Shown piece by piece: positions 37,823 to 47,648 of a stretch of DNA of 64,000 bases (its first letter is position 1; every line of letters starts with the position of its first letter). Source of the stretch: Alphaproteobacteria bacterium (GTDB lineage: Bacteria > Pseudomonadota > Alphaproteobacteria > SP197); assembly GCA_965228895.1 (NCBI GenBank), contig OZ245842.1:2903964-2967963 (forward strand), given 5' to 3'. The notes below the pieces were generated by a model. It did not search any database, was not told the origin of the DNA, and saw only the letters and a list, made by a program, of their open reading frames with translations. Position numbers and translations under genes: made by a program.

Positions 37823-40254
37823 GCCCGCAACCTTTCGTTCTCCGGATCGAACGGCGACTCCTCGATGATCGTGACGCGGTGGCCGTTGCCCAGGATGTCC
37901 ATCTGAAGATCGGTGCCAATCTCCGAGACCTCCGGGCGGACCATGCCGAGCGCCAGAGACTTGCCGAGGCGGAAGCCGTAATTGCCGGAGGTCGCGCGGC
38001 CGACGACCTCGCCGTTCAGCGAGATCGGGTTGTTGCCGAGCGCGTCGGCATCGGTCACGTCGTGCACCTCCATGGTAACGAAGGTGTTCTGGAAACCCTT
38101 CTCCTGCCACTGCGACAACGCGTCGCGGCCGATGAACTCGCCCTTGTTCAAGTGAACGAAGCGGTGCAGGCCGGATTCAAGCGCGGCGTACTCGATCGAG
38201 AGTTCCTGGCCGACCATGCGGTAGGACTTCTCGACACGCATGGCTTCCATGGCGCGAATGCCGAAGGGTTTGATGCCCAGGTCCTCGCCCGCCGCCACGA
38301 CGGCGTCGAAGATGTGGTTCTGGTACTCCAGCGGATGGTGCAGCTCCCAGCCGAGCTCGCCGACAAAGTTCATGCGCAAGGCAAGCGTCGGCGCCAGGCC
38401 GACATCAATCCAGCGGCCCGACAGCCACTTGAAGCTGTCGGCAGAGAGGTCGTCACGGGTGATGCTCTGCAAAAGCTCACGCGACTTCGGACCGGCGACG
38501 ACCAGCACGCCCATCTGGTTGGTCAGATGGTCGAAACGGACCGAACCGTCCGACGGCATGTGCTTCTTGAGCCAGTCATGGTCGAGGCGCTGGAGCGCAC
38601 CGGCGGAGACGACATAAAACGAGTCCTCGGCTTCACGCATGATCGTGAACTCCGAATGGACGCCGCCACGCGTGTTGAGCGCGTGGACCAAGCCGACCCG
38701 GCCGATCTTCTTGGGCAGGCGGTTGGCAATCAGGCCGTCCAGAAAGGCCTCCGCGCCGGGGCCGGAAATGCGGCACTTGGCAAACGCTGTCATGTCTAAA
38801 ACACCAACGTTTTCATGCACATTGCGGACTTCGTTACCAACATGCTCGAACCACTTGGAACGGCGGAACGACCAATCGTCTTCCTGGGCCACGCCGGACG
38901 GGGCAAACCAGTTGGCGCGTTCCCAGCCGAACTTCTGGCCGAACACCGCGCCCATGCCCTTCAGCCGGTCGTAACAGGGTGCCTGGCGCAGCGGACGGGC
39001 GGCCTCGCGCTCTTCGTCGGGGTAATGGATGACGAAGACGTTGGCGTAGGCTTCCTCGTTCTTTTCGACCAGATAGGACTTCGTGCAGTAGTCGCCATAA
39101 CGCCGCGGGTCGACGCCCAGCATATCGATGGTCGGCTCGCCCTCGACGATCCATTCGGCGAGCTGCCAACCGGCGCCGCCGGCCGCGGTGATGCCGAAGC
39201 TGTGGCCTTCGTTGAGCCAGAAATTAGGCAGATCCCAGGCCGGACCGATGATCGGGTTGCCATCTGGCGTATAACAGATGGCGCCGTTATAGACCTGCTT
39301 GACGCCGACCTCGCCGAACGCGGGAACGCGATTGATGGCGGACTCGATATGCGGCTCCAGGCGCTCCAGGTCTTCCTGGAAGAGTTCGTACTCCATGTCG
39401 TCGGATGGGCCGTCGACATAACAGGCGGGCGCGCCTTTCTCGTAGGGGCCCAGGATCAAACCGCCGCGCTCCTCGCGCATGTACCAGGAGCCATCGGACT
39501 CACGCAGCACGCCCATCTCGGGCAGGCCGTCGGCCTTGCGTTTTTGGATTTCCGGATGCGGCTCGGTGACGATGTACTGATGCTCGACCGGAATGACCGG
39601 CACGTCGAGACCGACCATGGCACCGACCTGACGCGCGAAGCTGCCAGATGCCGTCACGACATGCTCGCAGGTGATATCGCCCTTGTCTGTCTTGACCAGC
39701 CACTCGCCTGCGGGCGTGCGCTCGATGCCGGTGACCGTGGTGTTGCGATAGATCTCCGCGCCGTTGTTGCGCGCACCAATGGCGAGCGCCTGGGTCAGAT
39801 CGGCCGGCTGAATGTAACCGTCCTCGGGATGCTGAATGGCGCCGACCAGGCCTTCGGTGTTGCACAGCGGCCAGACTTCCTTCACCTGATCGGGCGTCAG
39901 GAAGTTGACCTCGACACCGATGGTGTCGGCAACGCCGGCATATTGGCGGTACTCGTCCATGCGCGCCTGGTTCATGGCGAGCCGAATGTTGGAGACCTTG
40001 GCGAAGCCGACCCGCTGGCCGGTTTCCTCCTCCAGCTCCTGATAGAACCGCACGGCAAACTTGTGCACCTGGCCGACCGAATAGCTCATGTTGAAGAGCG
40101 GCAGGAGGCCGGCCGCGTGCCAGGTCGAGCCGGACGTCAGTTCCTTGCGTTCGACCAGGACGACATCGGACCAGCCTTTCTTGGCCAGGTGATAGAGGGT
40201 GCCGACGCCGACCACACCGCCACCGATAACAACGACCCGTGCATGGCTCTTCAT
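37819..40254 (-). CDS. Dimethylglycine/sarcosine dehydrogenase-family enzyme, second paralog
   Basis: Start ATG 40254. Same FAD plus GcvT-like architecture as 20184-22637. The two are clearly paralogous but divergent. The 3-prime end overlaps the convergent MFS gene by 4 nt. Confidence 0.9.
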   Translation of the reverse strand: MKSHARVVVIGGGVVGVGTLYHLAKKGWSDVVLVERKELTSGSTWHAAGLLPLFNMSYSVGQVHKFAVRFYQELEEETGQRVGFAKVSNIRLAMNQARMDEYRQYAGVADTIGVEVNFLTPDQVKEVWPLCNTEGLVGAIQHPEDGYIQPADLTQALAIGARNNGAEIYRNTTVTGIERTPAGEWLVKTDKGDITCEHVVTASGSFARQVGAMVGLDVPVIPVEHQYIVTEPHPEIQKRKADGLPEMGVLRESDGSWYMREERGGLILGPYEKGAPACYVDGPSDDMEYELFQEDLERLEPHIESAINRVPAFGEVGVKQVYNGAICYTPDGNPIIGPAWDLPNFWLNEGHSFGITAAGGAGWQLAEWIVEGEPTIDMLGVDPRRYGDYCTKSYLVEKNEEAYANVFVIHYPDEEREAARPLRQAPCYDRLKGMGAVFGQKFGWERANWFAPSGVAQEDDWSFRRSKWFEHVGNEVRNVHENVGVLDMTAFAKCRISGPGAEAFLDGLIANRLPKKIGRVGLVHALNTRGGVHSEFTIMREAEDSFYVVSAGALQRLDHDWLKKHMPSDGSVRFDHLTNQMGVLVVAGPKSRELLQSITRDDLSADSFKWLSGRWIDVGLAPTLALRMNFVGELGWELHHPLEYQNHIFDAVVAAGEDLGIKPFGIRAMEAMRVEKSYRMVGQELSIEYAALESGLHRFVHLNKGEFIGRDALSQWQEKGFQNTFVTMEVHDVTDADALGNNPISLNGEVVGRATSGNYGFRLGKSLALGMVRPEVSEIGTDLQMDILGNGHRVTIIEESPFDPENERLRA

Positions 40255-40493
40255 GAATGCCTCTCCCCTGCACCGCCCGCTCTGGAGCGGTTGGTCCTGT
40301 CGTAACAAAAGCCAGGGCGCTTCACTAGCGCCCGACCGGACCCGCCATTGTCACACAGGCGACACCGACTGTGCGTGTGCCGTCATGGAGAGGCCGATTC
40401 GGCGGCGAATCCGGCAGCGAGTGGTGATTCGGCTGTCGAAACGCGGGTCAATTTGCTTGGCGATAGGATGGGCCGGGCCTTAGGGTCCCCTCC

Positions 40494-42833
40494 ATGACAG
40501 CACAAGGTATTGGCGCGCCGGTCAGGCGCAAGGAAGATCGGCGGTTCCTGACCGGGCGCGGGAACTATGTCGGCGACTATCACGTTCCCGGCGCGCTGCA
40601 TCTGGCTTTTGTCAGGTCAGTGCACGCCCACGCCACCATCCGCGAGATCGACACGTCGGCGGCGCGATCCATGCCGGGCGTCGTCGACGTAATGACCGGC
40701 GACGATCTGCAAGCCGACGGCATCAAGCCGATCGCCAACCGGATCGGTTTTGACGGCAGCGACGGACGTCCGCTGCCGACCCTGCCCCGGCCCGCCCTGG
40801 TCCGCGATACCGTCCGCGTGGTCGGCGACGCGGTCGCCGTTGTCGTGGCCGAGACCAGCGATGCCGCCCATGACGCCGCCGAGGCGGTGCATGTCGACTA
40901 TGACGACATACCCGCCGTCGTCACCATGGACCAGGCCCGCACCGACGGCGCCCAGACGATCTGGGAAGACGCGCCGGGCAACCGCGCCTATGTCTGGTCA
41001 AGCGGCGACGCGGCGGCGAGCGACGACGCGTTCGCCAACGCTGCTCATGTCGTCGACCTGGACCTCGTCAACAACCGCATCACCGCCAACCCGATGGAGC
41101 CGCGCCTGGTGGTCGCCGAGCCGGATGCGACGACCGGCGGCATCATCTTCACGCTCGGCAGTCAGGCGCCACATCTCCTGCGCACGCGCCTCGCCGGTCT
41201 TCTGGATATGGTGGAATCGCAACTGCGCATCGTCTCGCCCGATTTCGGCGGCGGGTTCGGCATGCGCGGCTCGACCCCCTACCCCGAAGAAATCGTCGCA
41301 TGCTGGCTTGCCCGGCGCCTCGATCGCCCGGTGCGCTGGACGGGCACGCGGCACGAGGTGCTGATGACCGACACCCAGGCGCGCGACCACGAGACGCGGG
41401 CCGAACTGGCGCTAGACGGCGACGGCCGGTTTCTAGCGTTGCGCGTTCACACGAAAGCCAATCTGGGCGCCTATCTGATCGGCATCGGCGCGATGCTGCC
41501 GATCCATCTTTATGCGCCGCTGCTCGCCGGCATCTACCGGATCGGCGCCGTCGACTTGACCATTGAGGGCATCCTCACCAACACGGTACCGACAGCGCCT
41601 TATCGCGGCGCCGGCCGGCCGGAGGCTGCCTATGTCATCGAACGGCTCGCCGATGAGGCCGCGATCGCGACGGGCATCGACCGGGTCGAAATCAGGCGCC
41701 GCAACATGTACCGCGCAGAGGACCTGCCCGTCACCAACGTGAACGGGCTCCGGATCGACAGCGGCGACTTCGGCGCGGTGATGGACCGCGCGCTCGACAG
41801 CGCGGCGGTTTCGGATTTCGCGTCACGCCGGGCGCAATCGGAGGCGAGCGGCCGTCATCGCGGCCTGGGGTTTGCGACCTATATTGAATCGGCCGCCGAC
41901 GGCTCGGCGACCAGCTATGAGTCCGCGCGGCTGCGCGTCAATCCGACCGGCACCGCGACACTGCATGTCGGCACCCACAGTCACGGCCAGGGCCACGCGA
42001 CCGCGTTCGTGCAGATCGCGGCCGACCGATTGGGCCTGCCCATCGATGCCATCGAGCTGGCGTTCGGCGATACGGAGCGCGAGCCCTATGGCCTCGGCAC
42101 ATACGCGTCCCGCTCGCTGGTCTCGGCCGGCCCGGCCATCGTGGCGGCGACCGACAAGGTGATCGACAAGGGACGGCACATCGCGGCGCACCTGTTTGAG
42201 TCCGATGTCGACGAGGTCACTTTCGCCGACGGTATGTTCGCGGTCGCCGGCACCAACCGCCAGGCAAGCTTCGCCGAGATCGCGCATGCCGCCTATGTGC
42301 CGCACAACTTTCCCCATGACAGCCTGGAACCCGGCCTGGACGAAACCGCGTTCAACAAGGTCCAGGCCTCGACCTTCCCCAACGGTTGCCATGTCGCCGA
42401 AGTGGAGATCGACCCTGAGACCGGTGTCGTAACGCTTCTCGATTACACCTGCGTCGACGATATCGGCACGGTCATCAACCCGATGATCGCCGCGGGACAA
42501 AGCCACGGCGCAATCGCCCAGGGCGTCGGTCAGGCGCTGATGGAGCTGTGCCACTATCACCCGCAGACCGGCCAGTTCCAGTCGGCGACGTTCCTGGACT
42601 ACTGCATGCCGCGCGCCGGCGACCTGCCGATGATCGACTGGTCGACCCGGCCAGTGCCGACCGGCACCAACAGCCTAGGCGTCAAAGGCGTCGGAGAGAC
42701 CGGCACCATCGCCGCGCCGCCGGCGGTGATGAACGCGATCCTGGATGCGCTGCGCCCCATCGGCGTCACCCAACTGGATATGCCGGCGACGCCTGAGACG
42801 GTGTGGCGCGCCATCCAAAACGTGAACCGGTGA
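40494..42833 (+). CDS. Molybdopterin-binding large subunit of the xanthine dehydrogenase/CoxL family (form II, AYRGAGR motif)
   Basis: 779 aa. Active-site loop PYRGAGRPEA indicates form II, not bona fide CO dehydrogenase. No CoxS/CoxM-type subunit genes are adjacent. Confidence 0.85.
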   Translation: MTAQGIGAPVRRKEDRRFLTGRGNYVGDYHVPGALHLAFVRSVHAHATIREIDTSAARSMPGVVDVMTGDDLQADGIKPIANRIGFDGSDGRPLPTLPRPALVRDTVRVVGDAVAVVVAETSDAAHDAAEAVHVDYDDIPAVVTMDQARTDGAQTIWEDAPGNRAYVWSSGDAAASDDAFANAAHVVDLDLVNNRITANPMEPRLVVAEPDATTGGIIFTLGSQAPHLLRTRLAGLLDMVESQLRIVSPDFGGGFGMRGSTPYPEEIVACWLARRLDRPVRWTGTRHEVLMTDTQARDHETRAELALDGDGRFLALRVHTKANLGAYLIGIGAMLPIHLYAPLLAGIYRIGAVDLTIEGILTNTVPTAPYRGAGRPEAAYVIERLADEAAIATGIDRVEIRRRNMYRAEDLPVTNVNGLRIDSGDFGAVMDRALDSAAVSDFASRRAQSEASGRHRGLGFATYIESAADGSATSYESARLRVNPTGTATLHVGTHSHGQGHATAFVQIAADRLGLPIDAIELAFGDTEREPYGLGTYASRSLVSAGPAIVAATDKVIDKGRHIAAHLFESDVDEVTFADGMFAVAGTNRQASFAEIAHAAYVPHNFPHDSLEPGLDETAFNKVQASTFPNGCHVAEVEIDPETGVVTLLDYTCVDDIGTVINPMIAAGQSHGAIAQGVGQALMELCHYHPQTGQFQSATFLDYCMPRAGDLPMIDWSTRPVPTGTNSLGVKGVGETGTIAAPPAVMNAILDALRPIGVTQLDMPATPETVWRAIQNVNR

Positions 42834-42893
42834 AGCTCGATCACTATGGCGATTTGCGCCAAACTTGGGCGAGTTCGCTGACGGGAGGTGACC

Positions 42894-43403
42894 ATGACCG
42901 GCAAAGCTGACATCCGCGGCCTGCATCACAACGCCTACCGCTGCCGCGATGCCGAGGAGACACGGCAGTTCTATGAGGACTTCCTGGGTCTGGAACTGGC
43001 CGAGGCCTTCGAGATCGCGACGACGCAGACTGGCCGCGACACCCGTGTCATTCATATCTTCTTCGAAATGGGCGATGGGTCGTTCCTGGCCTTCTTCGAG
43101 GCGCCGGGCCAACCCTTCACGTTCAAGGACCAGCACGACTTCGACCTGCACATTGCTCTGGAGGTCAGCATGGAGACGCTGCACGCCATGTTCCAGAAGG
43201 GCAAGGACGCAGGCATCGAAACCCGCGGTATCTCCGACCATGGTTTCATTCACTCGATCTATTTCCGCGACCCCAATGGTTACGTCATCGAGCTGACCGC
43301 CAAGACCGAAACGCGCGATGCCGATGAATGGCAGCGCGTGAAAGGCGGCGCGCGGGCGGCGCTGGACAAGTGGACGGCGACAAAACCGGCGGACGCCGCC
43401 TGA
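42894..43403 (+). CDS. VOC/glyoxalase-family protein
   Basis: ATG 42894 follows GGGAGG at 42883-42888. VOC-like beta-alpha-beta-beta-beta modules. Confidence 0.7.
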   Translation: MTGKADIRGLHHNAYRCRDAEETRQFYEDFLGLELAEAFEIATTQTGRDTRVIHIFFEMGDGSFLAFFEAPGQPFTFKDQHDFDLHIALEVSMETLHAMFQKGKDAGIETRGISDHGFIHSIYFRDPNGYVIELTAKTETRDADEWQRVKGGARAALDKWTATKPADAA

Positions 43404-43435
43404 CATCCGCATGACGGCGCGGTAGTGTCCTCTCC

Positions 43436-44572
43436 ATGACTGAGGCCGCACGCAAAGCGATAGACGGCAACGGGCCGTTCTTCACCTTGCCGCCCCGCTG
43501 GTTCACCGACCCGGCAGTCCTGGCGCGCGAAAAAGAAACGATCTTCTACAAGAGCTGGCGCTATGTCGGGCACGAGAGCGATTTACCCGAACCCGGCAGT
43601 TACATCACCTGTCGAATCGTCGATCAGTCGATCTTCCTGATCCGCAACCGGGATGGCGACATCAAGGCCTTTCACAACGTCTGCCGCCATCGCGCCCATG
43701 AGCTGCTGCAGGGGCACGGTAAGATAAAGGCCGTTATCACCTGCCCCTATCATGCCTGGGCCTATGACAGCGACGGCACCCTAAGGTCAGCGCGCCTGTC
43801 AGACGGCGTGCAGGGCTTCGACACGACGGATTTCAGCCTGGTGCCCGTCCGCGTCGAATCGATGCTGGGCCTGTTGTTCGTCAATCTCGATCCCGACGCC
43901 GTGCCCTTCGCCGAGCAGTTCGCAGGGCTGGCCGATGAGATCACGTCGCTGGTCCCGACATTTCCTGACCTGGTCAAGGTCGAACAGCAGCGCACCCGAA
44001 ACGGCGGCGATGACGTCGTCGACCTGAAGGCCAACTGGAAGGTGCTGATGGACAATTGCAGCGAGTGTTATCACTGCGATCCCGCCCATCCGGCCTTCGT
44101 CGACCTGGTCGACATGGCGAGCTACACGATCGACGTTCGCGACATGTACACACGCCACGAGATGGCGTGCACGAAACCCGCCAACGCAGCCTATGACTAC
44201 CGCACTGACACGACGGTGACGAAAGCCGTTTTCTGGCACCTGTGGCCGAACATGACGCTGGGCGTCATGCCGGGCTCACCGAACTTCGATGTCTTTCTGT
44301 TCGAGCCCGTCGAGGTCGAATCGACGCGCCTGGACGGCGACAGCTTCCGGCTGCCGGACGGCGCGGGCGAAACGGACGCCGCTCGGGCGCGCTATGGTTC
44401 GAATGTTCTGTGGCCCGAGGACCGCGACCTCTGCGAGTCCGTCCAGCGTGGGCTTCATTCACGCGGCTATCAGCGCGGCCGCTTCATGGTCGACGATCAG
44501 CGCAGCGCCATCTCCGAACACGTGCCCGCGTTCTTCCACCACAAGGTCGCCGAGGCGCTCGGCGAGGTCTAA
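43436..44572 (+). CDS. Rieske [2Fe-2S] non-heme iron oxygenase alpha subunit (GbcA/Stc2/CntA-like N-demethylase family)
   Basis: Rieske motif CRHRAHEL...CPYHAW. The C-terminal catalytic domain carries the His ligand context (NCSECYHCDPAHP). No reductase gene is adjacent. Confidence 0.85.
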   Translation: MTEAARKAIDGNGPFFTLPPRWFTDPAVLAREKETIFYKSWRYVGHESDLPEPGSYITCRIVDQSIFLIRNRDGDIKAFHNVCRHRAHELLQGHGKIKAVITCPYHAWAYDSDGTLRSARLSDGVQGFDTTDFSLVPVRVESMLGLLFVNLDPDAVPFAEQFAGLADEITSLVPTFPDLVKVEQQRTRNGGDDVVDLKANWKVLMDNCSECYHCDPAHPAFVDLVDMASYTIDVRDMYTRHEMACTKPANAAYDYRTDTTVTKAVFWHLWPNMTLGVMPGSPNFDVFLFEPVEVESTRLDGDSFRLPDGAGETDAARARYGSNVLWPEDRDLCESVQRGLHSRGYQRGRFMVDDQRSAISEHVPAFFHHKVAEALGEV

Positions 44573-44877
44573 GACCTTAGATGCGCGCTAGAGGGCGTCA
44601 CCAAATGAGTGCTGGCAACACTCTCACGGACGGTCAGTTGGGAGGCCTTGTGGTTCCCATCCTGGCTTGCTCCGGCGGCTTGTGCATTTATGCCAGTTCG
44701 TGGGTGGGTTGTCGGACTGTTGCCCAAGTCCTGCATCATTGACTGGATCGGACGTACCCAATTGCATCTAGGACAAGTCTGGCGATCCCCTGCTTGAACA
44801 AGCTGAGGCAGGCGGCAGCGTGGGATGGCTATCTAGAATGTCGAGAGTGAGCGAAGTGCCGACGATAAAGACAGGTT

Positions 44878-45879
44878 TCAGCAGTCATCGGCTCCGCTGT
44901 TCAAACAACGCTCGATTTCCTCAACGATTTCGTTGACTTCCTCGTCGGAGAGTGAGTCTACCCAACTGCTGATGTGTACGTTCTTGTTGAACTCCAGAAG
45001 GTTCGAGGCTGCGTGCTCAATACTGACGTATAGCGCATCAACAACGGCGTCGTGGCTAGTCTGCTGAAAGAACACCACGCTATCATCAATCACGTACCTA
45101 ACGCTCGTACAGTTGCTCAGTTCCGCCACGCCAAAACTCGATTTTTGCAGTTGTGGTGACAGATCTTCCTTGAAGAACTTATCCAGTTCAACGAGGACGT
45201 ACGCCCTTGCTAACTCTGGGCAAACTTTCGCAGTCACATAGTGGTCGGCAGCATACTGGAAGATCACGAATACCGGGAAGAATCCGCCGTCACGATAGAC
45301 ATACATCACAGGGCCGTTCAGCACTTCTTCACAGTTCTCATCGCCATTACAGCCAAATCTCTCACTAAGCCTTTCAAAGACGTCACTCATCACGAGAATT
45401 CTCGAAACGTGACCGTCGTGATTCTGGCCCGCTGTCGCAGCCAACCACTCCCGGCGCAGGAACGCATAGAAATCGCCATACCCGTCAAATGTAATGTGAT
45501 TGAAACGATAACCATCGATGTAAGCGACCAAGTCGGTGTTCGCTTGCTGCTTCTGGCGAAAGAAGACGCGAACGTCAGCCGCCGTGTCACCAAATGCGCC
45601 CATCAGTGAGGACGTGATACCGGACCGATACTCTTCCGTCATCTCCGTGGTTCCTTCGACAGCGAAGTTGATACCGCCACGGTCGAACGACGCGGCTTCC
45701 GCCTCATCTTCTGCAGAGTTCGCGGCCTCAATAAACTCCACTGTTCCGGCCGCCAGGGAGAGCTGGGTGCCCGATCCAAAACCAAGTGAAACCACAAACA
45801 ATGCCAACAGAAACTGATTCGAAAGAGCCTTCGACACAGCAGCCTCTTGTTCTCTTGACCAATTCTCAATTGTTAGCAC
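44878..45879 (-). CDS. Hypothetical secreted/membrane-anchored protein in low-GC insertion
   Basis: 333 aa. N-terminal hydrophobic anchor FLLALFVVSLGFGSG. GC is about 50%, far below the window average. No recognised domain. Confidence 0.6.
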   Translation of the reverse strand: MLTIENWSREQEAAVSKALSNQFLLALFVVSLGFGSGTQLSLAAGTVEFIEAANSAEDEAEAASFDRGGINFAVEGTTEMTEEYRSGITSSLMGAFGDTAADVRVFFRQKQQANTDLVAYIDGYRFNHITFDGYGDFYAFLRREWLAATAGQNHDGHVSRILVMSDVFERLSERFGCNGDENCEEVLNGPVMYVYRDGGFFPVFVIFQYAADHYVTAKVCPELARAYVLVELDKFFKEDLSPQLQKSSFGVAELSNCTSVRYVIDDSVVFFQQTSHDAVVDALYVSIEHAASNLLEFNKNVHISSWVDSLSDEEVNEIVEEIERCLNSGADDC

Positions 45880-45972
45880 GAAGCGTGTTACGGTTTCGAT
45901 GTTCTTTGCTCCGAAGACCGGGATCTCATCGAAACCATCCAGCGCAGTTTTATTGACGCGGCTCTTGGTACA

Positions 45973-46040
45973 ACGCCATCTCCGAACACGTGCCCGCGTT
46001 TTTCCACCGCAAGGTCGCCGAGGCTGTCGGTGACGTCTGA
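45973..46040 (+). repeat. 68-bp imperfect direct repeat duplicating the 3-prime end (last 22 codons plus stop) of the Rieske oxygenase gene
   Basis: About 60 of 68 positions are identical to 44505-44572. It translates to NAISEHVPAFFHRKVAEAVGDV*, against SAISEHVPAFFHHKVAEALGEV* in the intact gene. Confidence 0.7.
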
Positions 46041-46043
46041 CGC

Positions 46044-46505
46044 CTAGACGGGAGCCATGCCCTTCTCGGCCAGTTCCTTCTTCGCCTCGTCCGTCTTGTC
46101 GAGGCCTTCCAGCCCCATGCCTTTCAGCACGCCGGGCGCCTTGGTGTACTGGATGTTTTGGTAGGTCGTGATCTCAACCCGGTTGCCCCAGGGGTCCAGG
46201 AAGTCCAGGAAACGGCCCGGCATGATATCGACACCCATCGCCTTCAGGGTCTCGCGGACGAGTTCCTTGTCGTCAACCGCGATTCCAAAATGTCGTTTAT
46301 CATCAGCCTCTTGAGAGCGACCTTTGGCAAAGTTGATGAACTGGTCTCCGAAATAGATGAAGGCGGCGTTTTCGCTCTTGGACTTAAGCTCGAAGTTTAA
46401 GAAGCCCCCGTAGAAGTCGAGCGCTTGGTCGATATCGCCGACCTCCAACGCGATGTGATTGATACCGACCGCGTTGGCCTTCTTCGCACCGTTTCCTGTC
46501 GCCAT
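46044..46505 (-). CDS. VOC/glyoxalase-family protein
   Basis: Start ATG 46505. GINHIALEV... and a second VOC module. GC slightly below local average. Confidence 0.7.
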   Translation of the reverse strand: MATGNGAKKANAVGINHIALEVGDIDQALDFYGGFLNFELKSKSENAAFIYFGDQFINFAKGRSQEADDKRHFGIAVDDKELVRETLKAMGVDIMPGRFLDFLDPWGNRVEITTYQNIQYTKAPGVLKGMGLEGLDKTDEAKKELAEKGMAPV

Positions 46506-46557
46506 GGCGTCCTCCTTGCCTATGTTCATCTAACGATGGGAGCGCCGTCGAACCGGT

Positions 46558-47016
46558 TCAAGACCATGTCTTGCCGCCCGCGATCTTGGCCTTGGCCGCC
46601 TGGACGAAACGGCTGGCGTCCGACGGCTGCTGGGGCAGGTCGTCGGCGATTGTGTGCCAGGGCACCTTGCCCTCGATGCCCGTGTGATAGAGGTCCGGCG
46701 GCCAGTCTTCCGGCCGGTCGAAGCTGCCCAGGGTGACGGCCGGGACCTTGTCATCAACGAGCCAGAAATCGAGCGACGTACCGCAGGCTCCGCAGAACCC
46801 CCGCCTGGCCCACGCCGACGACTGGTAATAGCGCGGCTCACCCTGGGTGTAGCGGAAGGCGCCCAGGGGGAACGTAGCAAAGACGCCGAAGATGCCGCCA
46901 AGCGCCTTCTGGCACATCTTGCAGTGACAGTAGGCGACCCATTCCGTCGCGGCATCGGCTTGCCAACGTATGGCGCCGCACAGACAGCCGCCGGTCACCG
47001 GCAAGACGCCCGTCAT
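46558..47016 (-). CDS. GFA-family zinc protein (third paralog)
   Basis: Start ATG 47016 in an ATGA overlap with the GST stop. Motifs CLCGAIRW...CHCKMCQ...CGACG. Confidence 0.8.
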   Translation of the reverse strand: MTGVLPVTGGCLCGAIRWQADAATEWVAYCHCKMCQKALGGIFGVFATFPLGAFRYTQGEPRYYQSSAWARRGFCGACGTSLDFWLVDDKVPAVTLGSFDRPEDWPPDLYHTGIEGKVPWHTIADDLPQQPSDASRFVQAAKAKIAGGKTWS

Positions 47017-47630
47017 CAGCCAAAGACCTTTTTGACTGCCGGGCGCGCCGCGGCATTGGCGACGACGCGCTGGGCGTTGGGAAACTCGTCCATGGTCGGA
47101 TGGCCCATGTCCGGGCTGAGCCATGTCGCCAACATGCGCACGTGAATGTCGGCGGCGGTGAAGCGATTGCCGACCAGCCAGTCGTCGCCGCCGATCGCCT
47201 CGTCGATCATGCCCCAGATCTCACGCAGCCGGATGCACGACCGCGCCCGTGCACTCGCGATGTGCTCTTCGCTCTCGCAGAAACGAAGCGGGTAGTAGGT
47301 GAGCTGATAGGCCATCTGCAGGGTGTTCGACATATAGACCAACCACTGCAAGAACGGCCCGCGCAAGGGATCGTCCGCGGCCGGCGCCAGGCCCGCTTCC
47401 GCGTGACGGTCGGTGAGAAACACGGTGATCGCCGAGGCCTCATGCATGGCGCCGCCATCGTAGATCAGAACGGGGACCCAACCGTTGGGATTGAGTTCCA
47501 GAAGTTCCGGCGAACGCGGCTCATTGATGTCGATGCTGGAATCGAGAAGCTCGTACGGGGCGCCGATTTCCTCGAGCACCGCGCGCGTGCCCATGGCGGC
47601 CGAGTGATCGGCGTAAAACAACTTGTACAT
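47016..47630 (-). CDS. Glutathione S-transferase
   Basis: GST N-terminal thioredoxin-like (MYKLFYADHSAAMGTRAVLEE...) and C-terminal helical domains. GGAGA SD. Confidence 0.85.
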   Translation of the reverse strand: MYKLFYADHSAAMGTRAVLEEIGAPYELLDSSIDINEPRSPELLELNPNGWVPVLIYDGGAMHEASAITVFLTDRHAEAGLAPAADDPLRGPFLQWLVYMSNTLQMAYQLTYYPLRFCESEEHIASARARSCIRLREIWGMIDEAIGGDDWLVGNRFTAADIHVRMLATWLSPDMGHPTMDEFPNAQRVVANAAARPAVKKVFG

Positions 47631-47648
47631 GGCGTGTCTCCGGAATGG

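Noticed and set aside
38815-40305. 496-aa plus-strand ORF antisense to the second DMGDH-family gene
   Set aside because: Shadow ORF. The minus-strand gene carries the FAD and GcvT motifs.
44609-44797. 62-aa ORF in the non-coding part of the low-GC insertion
   Set aside because: No RBS, and its hydrophobic low-complexity translation is not distinguishable from chance in a 300-nt spacer.
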